Below the pieces are notes generated by a model, which worked only from the letters and a program-made list of their open reading frames with translations, did no database searches and was not told the DNA's origin. Source: Patescibacteria group bacterium (GTDB lineage Bacteria; Patescibacteriota; UBA1384; 2-12-FULL-50-11). Taken from it: a stretch of DNA of 32,765 nt. Each line of letters starts with the position of its first letter. Positions within the stretch are counted from its first letter, which is position 1. Shown piece after piece: positions 26,146-32,765 of this stretch. The position numbers and the translations under genes were made by a program. The stretch spans positions 1 to 32,765 of the forward strand of contig JBGOUP010000003.1 of assembly GCA_041477655.1 (NCBI GenBank), given 5' to 3'.

Positions 26146-26928
26146 CTACAAGCGTTTAAATTTAGAGCTTGGCCACTTGGTTTTAATTGTTTTCAACCAG
26201 CCTACGATTGGTTTCTGGTTAACTTTAGGCCCGTGGGTTTGCCAAAAAAGACCATAGACACCGATAATTAGGATTAAGTAACTAACCGCTTCAACTTGAG
26301 ATAGACCTTCGCCAAAATCGGATTTGAATGTTTTAAGTACGAGTTGGCCCAGAAACAGACCCTCGAGAGCCAAAAAGAAAGCAATTCCGTCGTTGATCTT
26401 TTTTTTCTGCCAGCTAGCCAGCAAGATTAGATATAAGCCTATTGCCCAAATGGAAGCGAATAGATCAACTGGATAAGCTCCATTAATCGTTAGAAAGGTT
26501 CCAGGTCGTCCAAGCGAGCAACCAGACAAGACGCAACCGACATTTCCCGTACCCCACGCTAGCAGAAATGCTAGAACCCCGATATCTAACCATTTCCAGA
26601 TTGAGTCGCCTAGTCTAGCTACCTGGTAATAGTACATGGCAAAGCCGGCGGCAATGCCCGTCAGAGCCAGTAACCCGCCTTGCCAGAAAAAGAAAATTTG
26701 GGCCAGGCTTTGGAACTGATGTTGATAGGCGAAATAATAGCCGATTCTGGCGCCAATCAGGCCAGCCAGAAGGGTATAGAGGAAGGTGTCGAATATATAA
26801 CTGGTTTGAAGGCCCCGTGATTTGGCTGCCATATAGGCAAAAAGACCAGAAAGAATGGCTCCAAGGGCGATAAACGAACCGAAGGAATAAAGCTTGAATC
26901 TTCCGATCTCAAGTAAAATTGGGTTCAT
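26146..26928 (-). CDS. lgt: Prolipoprotein diacylglyceryl transferase (divergent)
   Basis: Motifs MNPILLEIG...YSFG, GLIGARIGY, WQGGL and GNVGC..GC..GRP. Confidence 0.82.
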   Translation of the reverse strand: MNPILLEIGRFKLYSFGSFIALGAILSGLFAYMAAKSRGLQTSYIFDTFLYTLLAGLIGARIGYYFAYQHQFQSLAQIFFFWQGGLLALTGIAAGFAMYYYQVARLGDSIWKWLDIGVLAFLLAWGTGNVGCVLSGCSLGRPGTFLTINGAYPVDLFASIWAIGLYLILLASWQKKKINDGIAFFLALEGLFLGQLVLKTFKSDFGEGLSQVEAVSYLILIIGVYGLFWQTHGPKVNQKPIVGWLKTIKTKWPSSKFKRL

Positions 26929-26995
26929 CTAAAGATAGCAACAGTTTGCCAGAGGCTTGAGTCAAAGTCAAGCCAGGAGTATGATTTTGCAGATT

Positions 26996-27069
26996 GGGCT
27001 CGTAGCTCAGCTGGTTAGAGCGTTCGGTTCACATCCGAAAGGTCAGCCGTTCAAATCGGCTCGAGCCCA
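26996..27069 (+). tRNA. tRNA-Val(CAC)
   Basis: GGGCTCGTAGCTCAGCTGGTTAGAGC, anticodon arm TTCGG-TTCACAT-CCGAA, GTTCAAATC, CGAGCCCA. No encoded CCA. Confidence 0.93.
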
Positions 27070-27213
27070 CACTTTGAGTTGTTTAGCTCCCTCGGTAAAC
27101 TGATGGGAAGAAGTGACTCGAACTACTCTAGAGCGACGAACGGAATGAGGAGTCGAAAAGCCTGAAATATCCCACTATCTCTCCCACCCACACTTCGCTA
27201 CAATACAAAAACA

Positions 27214-27768
27214 ATGATCAGATTCCGAGGCTTAGTTGAAGTAGTTAAAATCGTCGCCATTGTTTTTATCTCGGCGGTGTTAATCAGGACCTTTGTTTTT
27301 CAACCATTTGTGGTTGAGGGTTCGAGTATGGAGCCGGATTTCCACAACGGTGAGTATCTGTTAGTTGAAAAGGTTTCGTACCGAGTTAATCCACCTAAAC
27401 GTGGGGATGTTGTCGTCTTTCTCTACCCCCGCGATCCATTACTTCGAACAAATTATATTAAACGCATTATCGGTATGCCTGGCGAAACTGTTCATATCGA
27501 GAAAGGCAAGGTTTCGATCAATGACAAATCGCTCGACGAGATCTATCTAAAACCGGGCGATCAAACATTCGTTGATAACGACCCAAATCAGGTTTATGAA
27601 GTTACTTTGAGCTCAAAACAGTTTTTTGTGCTGGGCGATAACCGACAACATTCATCGGACTCTAGAGAGTGGGGCGTGCTTGACGCGAAATATGTAATTG
27701 GCCGCTCTAGCATCGTCATTAACCCCTTGTCGGATTTTCACGCTATCGCCTCCCCCTCGTACCATTAG
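27214..27768 (+). CDS. lepB: Signal peptidase I
   Basis: Motifs VEGSSMEP, RGDVVVF, YIKRIIGMPGE and LGDNRQHSSDSREWG. Confidence 0.96.
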   Translation: MIRFRGLVEVVKIVAIVFISAVLIRTFVFQPFVVEGSSMEPDFHNGEYLLVEKVSYRVNPPKRGDVVVFLYPRDPLLRTNYIKRIIGMPGETVHIEKGKVSINDKSLDEIYLKPGDQTFVDNDPNQVYEVTLSSKQFFVLGDNRQHSSDSREWGVLDAKYVIGRSSIVINPLSDFHAIASPSYH

Positions 27769-28790
27769 CCCAAGTTTTTCTTGATCCAGTCGGTGATTTT
27801 GTCTAAATTTTTTTCTTGCAGGGCAGAGATACTAACTGAATCAAATTTGCCTAAGTGATGGTGAAAGGGTGCTCCTCCGTCAGTCACCAGATCAGCCTTA
27901 TTAAAGACAATTAACAGAGGTTTTTTGCAAGCTTGGGCGTAATAGATTAGATGGAGATCACCTCGGGCCGTACCGGTAGAGGCGTCAACCAAAATTATGA
28001 CGGCACTGGATTGGGCAATAGCGGTTAGGGTTCGTTTGACGCTGAAAGCTTCCGCACCCTGACTGATTTTACCCCGTTTACGGACGCCGGCAGTATCAGC
28101 CAGCAGATACGTTTTGTTATCAATAGTGATTTTGTCGGTAACGATATCGCGGGTGGTTCCGGCAACTGGACTGACAACCGCTCGCTTAGACCGAGTCAGA
28201 GCGTTAAGCAAGGTTGATTTGCCCACATTTGGTCGGCCGACTAAAGTTATTAACGGCTCTATATATTTAGAAATATCATTTTTGGGCAAATCCTGGCAGA
28301 ACTCCTCTAAAAAATCCCCAACCCCTTTGCCAGTAGCAGCCGAGACGGCCTGAAAGGGAAAACCTAGATAAGCCAACTCTTCGGTCTTTTGGCGTTTGTG
28401 GACAGTATCTACTTTGTTAGCAACCAACCAAACATCTTTACCTCGCAATTTATCCAAAAACTGTCGTTCGTTGGGGGATAAGCCAATGCCGGAATCGTAG
28501 AGAAAAATAATTCGATCGGCTTGGGCGGCCGCCTCAAGTGTCTGGTCTAAAATTGCCTTGTAAAGCTCGGAATCACCATCAGTCAATCCGCCGGTATCAA
28601 CCAAATTAAATTGTTTGCCTTGCCAGTCAACTTCGCCGTAAATCCTGTCTCGTGTGGTTGACTCTTCTCTGGCTGTTACCGCTTGCCACGAACCAGTTAA
28701 ACGGTTAAATAGGGTAGACTTCCCGGCATTAGTTGGACCGATTAAGGCGACCAGCGGCAGGTTATCACTAGCATTTGTTTCTTTGATCAT
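27765..28790 (-). CDS. der: Ribosome biogenesis GTPase Der (EngA) lacking the C-terminal KH-like domain
   Basis: Two tandem G-domains: GPTNAGKS/DTGG/NKVD and GRPNVGKS/DTAG/NKAD. Confidence 0.92.
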   Translation of the reverse strand: MIKETNASDNLPLVALIGPTNAGKSTLFNRLTGSWQAVTAREESTTRDRIYGEVDWQGKQFNLVDTGGLTDGDSELYKAILDQTLEAAAQADRIIFLYDSGIGLSPNERQFLDKLRGKDVWLVANKVDTVHKRQKTEELAYLGFPFQAVSAATGKGVGDFLEEFCQDLPKNDISKYIEPLITLVGRPNVGKSTLLNALTRSKRAVVSPVAGTTRDIVTDKITIDNKTYLLADTAGVRKRGKISQGAEAFSVKRTLTAIAQSSAVIILVDASTGTARGDLHLIYYAQACKKPLLIVFNKADLVTDGGAPFHHHLGKFDSVSISALQEKNLDKITDWIKKNLG

Positions 28791-28825
28791 TTTGACTTTT
28801 AACTTTCGAACTCTAAATTAAGCTT

Positions 28826-30592
28826 ATGTTGTACACGGCGGTGATTATTAAGCAAAGGTCCAAAGCCGAAACGCTCACCTACGCGGTTCCAGCCCAAATT
28901 GTACCGTATATAGGGGTAGGCAGTCTAGTCTTAGTGCCGGTGCGTAACAAAATTCTCAAAGGGGTAGTGACTGAATTGCTGTCGCGAGTTTCTGGCGACC
29001 TAAAAACTAAAATCCGACCGATTGATAAATTGGCAAATCGTCAACCAATTATCTCTTCCAAGCAGATTGAAGTAATGAAACGACTGGCTGATCACTATTG
29101 TACGAGTCTGGCGGAGGTGGCATTTCACGCTCTAGGTCCAATTTCTTCAAAAATTCTTCAATCACCGCCATCGATGGCCGGCATGGCACCCTTCAAGCCA
29201 ATCTTTATCCGAGGAACCTGGTCAAGCCGAGTAGGTCAATATCGTCGATTAATCATCCACTCAAGCCAGGAGCGAAAATGGTTGATTATCTTTGCTCAAA
29301 ACTCCTTTGCCCAAGATTTTTACCAACTAATTAAGAGTGACTTAGGTAAGGCAGTTGTTTTGTATAAGTCGGATACGGAAATTAGCAAGCAAAAAGCGGT
29401 CGAGGGCTCTGTCCGCTGTATTGTTACCACCGCTCAAGGCGCATTTTTGCCGCGAAGGAGTGATGATGTAATCATTGTTGATTCACCGACCCAACTTGGC
29501 CATTTTTCCAACCAACGTCCATTTATGAGCACAGCTGGCATTGCCAGAATCCGCGCCCAAAGCGAGAATCTTCGGCTAATGTATGGCGATGTTCTGCCTT
29601 CACTTGAACTGGCCAAAGAAATACTTGGTCGTTCCATAACTTTGGCCAAACAGACATCACAAATTAAACCACTGACCATTATTAGCCGGACTGGTTCGAA
29701 CCAAATCCTCCAGCCAACGATTGTGGCCACAGTTAAAAAAGCCATTGCTCAAAACAAACGAGTCTTGCTCATGGTTCTGGCTAAAGGTTGGGCTTCGGCA
29801 CTGTATTGTTTGGATTGTCAGTCGGTAATTCGTTGCCCGAACTGCCAAAACGTCATGTCGGTTGGCCAAGAAAAATTAATTTGTCAGTATTGCGCTCATC
29901 AAAGCCTGAAACCGACGCATTGCCCAATTTGCCATAAAACCAACCTCAAATCCGTTGGAGAGGGAGCCAGCCAAGTTAAATCGGCCGTTGGCGACGAGAT
30001 CAAGCAGGCAAAAATAGTTGAGATCAGTTCAAATACCGATAATCGCCCCGATGAGGGTGAAATTATCGTGGCAACTGAAAAAATCTTTAGCTTTCCCAGC
30101 TGGCATTTCAATCTGATAATTCTGGCTAGCATTGATCGACTTTTGACTAACTCCCAGTTAAATCAAGTCTGGAAACTCTACGGATATATTCGGGAGCTTC
30201 AGGCTAGATCTGAACAAATTATGGTGCAGACCTATCTACCCGATCACCCCATATGGTCGTGGCTGGCCCACGATAACGATTGGCCGTTCCTCAAATCAGA
30301 ACTCAATACTCGACAACGTCTTAATTTACCGCCATTTGGCTCGATCATCAATCTTCGTGGCCAGTTACGTAGCCAAAGGCAATTAGATCAAGAAAAAAAT
30401 ACAGTTGTCGAACTTATTGGAAAAATTCTGCCAAAGGCTAGTATTGGTGAGTGGAAGCTCTCGATTGCGGAATCTTCATACAATGTTGAAACAGCGATAA
30501 TGCTAACCAGCCAGCCTATCCGCTCCAAACTAAAGGAATTAGCTGTTCAGCTTCCACTGGCTTGGCATTTGGTTGTTGATCAAACTGCCTAA
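28826..30592 (+). CDS. priA: Primosomal protein N' with degenerate helicase motifs
   Basis: N-terminal LTYAVP...GSLVLVP, four CxxC pairs, VQTYLPDHP and R..LNLPPF. Confidence 0.85.
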   Translation: MLYTAVIIKQRSKAETLTYAVPAQIVPYIGVGSLVLVPVRNKILKGVVTELLSRVSGDLKTKIRPIDKLANRQPIISSKQIEVMKRLADHYCTSLAEVAFHALGPISSKILQSPPSMAGMAPFKPIFIRGTWSSRVGQYRRLIIHSSQERKWLIIFAQNSFAQDFYQLIKSDLGKAVVLYKSDTEISKQKAVEGSVRCIVTTAQGAFLPRRSDDVIIVDSPTQLGHFSNQRPFMSTAGIARIRAQSENLRLMYGDVLPSLELAKEILGRSITLAKQTSQIKPLTIISRTGSNQILQPTIVATVKKAIAQNKRVLLMVLAKGWASALYCLDCQSVIRCPNCQNVMSVGQEKLICQYCAHQSLKPTHCPICHKTNLKSVGEGASQVKSAVGDEIKQAKIVEISSNTDNRPDEGEIIVATEKIFSFPSWHFNLIILASIDRLLTNSQLNQVWKLYGYIRELQARSEQIMVQTYLPDHPIWSWLAHDNDWPFLKSELNTRQRLNLPPFGSIINLRGQLRSQRQLDQEKNTVVELIGKILPKASIGEWKLSIAESSYNVETAIMLTSQPIRSKLKELAVQLPLAWHLVVDQTA

Positions 30593-30636
30593 AAGCCTTA
30601 CATTTTCACTTATAGACCTCTATAATTGAGCCACTT

Positions 30637-31989
30637 ATGCAGGTTAGAACTATTTACGATCCGATACTTAGAACCAAGTGCCAGAAAGTGGCCGCTTTTG
30701 ACGAGTCACTCAAAAAGGAAACCGATCAAATGGTTGAAACCATGCACAAAGCCAAGGGTATTGGCCTAGCCGCTAATCAAGTTGGCATTAACAAACAGCT
30801 GATTGTTTTGGAATTTACCCCAGCTGAAGATGATGATCAGCCCTCCATTCCACTTACGCAATTGTGCAACCCAGTAATTACCAAGTTTAGTCAGGAGAAA
30901 GAAACCCATATTGAGGGTTGCCTTTCAATTCCGGGGCTTGAACTTGAAGTAGCTAGAAGTTCCGGCGTAACCGTAACCGCTCAAGACTTGACCGGCAAAA
31001 ACCTAACCATCAGAGCTAAAGGTCTATTGGCCCGCATTCTCCAGCATGAAATAGACCATATCAACGGCCACCTGTTTACCGATCGAGCCAAAGACGGCAA
31101 AAGTCTAGCCAATTATCGTTTTGCCAAAATTATTTTCTTTGGCAGTGATGAATTCAGCCAAGTTGTTTTTCAATGCTTGATTGACGCTGGCTTAACTGTT
31201 CCGGCCATTATTACCGAGAGCGATAAACCAGCCGGTCGAGGCAAGAAAGAAACCGAGCCGATTATGAAAAAAATTGCCCTCGACCAATCTGTTGCCGTGT
31301 TTCAACCCGAAACCAAGGCCGATATGATTGATATCGTTAAACAAATCAAACCAGATTTAATTATTTTGGCTTCCTACGGCCGGATTTTGCCGGCTGAAGT
31401 TTTAGCCATACCGACTTTTGGCGCTCTTAATATTCACCCATCACTTTTGCCTAAATATCGGGGCGCCACGCCGATTCAATCAGCTTTACTCGATGACCAG
31501 AAAGAAACGGGTGTGACGATTATGGTAATGGATGAGAATTTGGACACCGGCGCCATCGTCAACCACCAGACTACGCCCATCAAAGATAACGACAATTATT
31601 TAAGCCTACGTGCCAAACTAGCCGAATTGGCCGCCAAATCATTGCTAACAACGCTACCGGAGTATTTGTCTGGCCAAGCAACCTTAGGCCATCAGTCAAC
31701 TGAAAACGTCAGTCTGACCAAGAAACTGACCAAAGAAGCCGGACAGATTGACTGGTCAAACTCGCCAGAACAAATTGACAGACAAATCCGAGCCCTCAAC
31801 CCTTGGCCGGGTACATATACTCAATTGGGTGACCGCCAACTCAAAATTCTTGAGGCCAAAGTTATTAAGGGCAAACTGGCACCAACCATCGTTCAATTAG
31901 AAGGTAAAAAACCAACTAATTGGCCGGATTTCGTTCGGGGCTATTCAGGGGAGTTGAAAAAGTCTGACTGGTTCGCTACAATTGCCTAG
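30637..31989 (+). CDS. Fused peptide deformylase / methionyl-tRNA formyltransferase (Def-Fmt)
   Basis: Def motifs GIGLAANQVG, EGCLS and QHEIDHING, followed in the same ORF by Fmt motifs FFGSDEF, NIHPSLLPKYRGATP, LDTG and IRALNPWPG. Confidence 0.93.
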   Translation: MQVRTIYDPILRTKCQKVAAFDESLKKETDQMVETMHKAKGIGLAANQVGINKQLIVLEFTPAEDDDQPSIPLTQLCNPVITKFSQEKETHIEGCLSIPGLELEVARSSGVTVTAQDLTGKNLTIRAKGLLARILQHEIDHINGHLFTDRAKDGKSLANYRFAKIIFFGSDEFSQVVFQCLIDAGLTVPAIITESDKPAGRGKKETEPIMKKIALDQSVAVFQPETKADMIDIVKQIKPDLIILASYGRILPAEVLAIPTFGALNIHPSLLPKYRGATPIQSALLDDQKETGVTIMVMDENLDTGAIVNHQTTPIKDNDNYLSLRAKLAELAAKSLLTTLPEYLSGQATLGHQSTENVSLTKKLTKEAGQIDWSNSPEQIDRQIRALNPWPGTYTQLGDRQLKILEAKVIKGKLAPTIVQLEGKKPTNWPDFVRGYSGELKKSDWFATIA

Positions 31990-31991
31990 AT

Positions 31992-32453
31992 ATGTTAGTT
32001 ATTCGCTTGCGTCGAATCGGCAAAAAGAACAAACCCAGCTATCGCGTTGTCGTGGCTGAAAACTCTATGCCCCTTGACGGCAAGTTCGTTCAGGACCTCG
32101 GTTTCTACAATCCTCATACTAAAAACGTCAAAATCGAAGAAACGGCCGCCAAAACTTGGATGGACAAGGGCGCTCAACCCTCAAACACTGTTGCTAAGCT
32201 TCTTGAAGGTCTTAAAGTCAAACATAAGTCTGTTGTTGTGGTCAAACGCAACAAAAAACCTAAGGCAGAGGTAGAAAAAATTGCCAAAAAAGCCACAGCT
32301 ACTCTGACTCCAATTGAAGAAGTAGCAACAGAAGAAACCACCGAAGCACCAACCGAGATTGCTGAAGCCCCCACTCCCGAGCCAACTCCAGAAACCCCTG
32401 CCAAAGAAGCCACGCCCGAAGCTTCCGAGACTCCGGAAACGACTGAAGCCTAA
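31992..32453 (+). CDS. rpsP: 30S ribosomal protein S16 with long acidic E/T/P-rich tail
   Basis: Motifs MLVIRLRRIGKK, YRVVVA, LGFYNP and GAQPSNTV. Confidence 0.95.
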   Translation: MLVIRLRRIGKKNKPSYRVVVAENSMPLDGKFVQDLGFYNPHTKNVKIEETAAKTWMDKGAQPSNTVAKLLEGLKVKHKSVVVVKRNKKPKAEVEKIAKKATATLTPIEEVATEETTEAPTEIAEAPTPEPTPETPAKEATPEASETPETTEA

Positions 32454-32505
32454 CAACTCTCCCGAACTCGGAAAAATCTAGGTATTATAAGTCATAAGGA
32501 GGGAC

Positions 32506-32765
32506 GTGGTTTACGGCTACATAGTTTGGTGGTACGGAGCGGGCTACCTGCGCAGTTGGCAGATTGCTTTGGCTAGTTTGTATCGTACCTCGGACGTTTT
32601 TTCGTTGGAAATGCTAGTCAAAACCTGGGCGGCGCCCTGGAAAAACGATGTGGTCGTGGCCGGTAATATCGCTCTAAGTGATCAGTTCAAAATTTGGCAG
32701 CAAAACTTTGCTAGTCGGTTTGTTGGTTTCATGATCCGGACAATTATGATTTTAGCCGCTCTGGC
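32506..32765 (+). CDS. Membrane hypothetical protein, 3'-partial
   Basis: AAGGAGG then GTG; open to the window end as MVYGYIVWWYGAG...KTWAAPWK...SRFVGFMIRT. Confidence 0.7.
   Translation, partial: MVYGYIVWWYGAGYLRSWQIALASLYRTSDVFSLEMLVKTWAAPWKNDVVVAGNIALSDQFKIWQQNFASRFVGFMIRTIMILAAL

Noticed and set aside
11648-27069. All three tRNAs lack an encoded CCA
   Set aside because: This is common in bacteria that have a CCA-adding enzyme and is not unusual.
230-32456. Numerous short antisense or alternate-frame ORFs inside long genes
   Set aside because: These are shadow ORFs of well-supported genes with no independent signals.
1-32765. Alternative genetic code (TGA=Gly) or prophage/IS content
   Set aside because: Conserved genes are full length in code 11, TGA ends genes (16388, 18539), and no integrase, transposase or phage genes are visible.

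Overview
Housekeeping-rich chromosomal window, read in genetic code 11 (TGA is used as a stop). It most likely comes from a Patescibacteria/CPR bacterium; this is inferred from a short TsaB, helicase-degenerate PriA, truncated Der and many small secreted or membrane proteins. It opens with two tandem secreted parallel beta-helix proteins carrying dockerin-like tails, followed by an out-of-frame extra dockerin repeat. Identifiable genes are glyA, smpB, ychF, tsaB/tsaE, rnhB, uvrA, infC-rpmI-rplT, lgt, lepB, der, priA, a def-fmt fusion and rpsP, plus three tRNAs (Asp, Gln, Val) and an RNase P RNA expanded to about 615 nt. The most notable signals are: (1) small palindromic TCGA-N3-4-GCTC hairpins and heptamer repeats inserted, nested and in frame, into glyA and into helices of the RNase P RNA; (2) two tandem putative small-RNA units next to rnpB that share a promoter motif and an identical anti-SD-like terminator loop, CTTTGCTCTCCT; (3) a five-fold tandem reiteration of the rpmI start region; (4) many apparently leaderless genes alongside SD-led accessory cassettes. 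All calls were made by eye, with no database searches.
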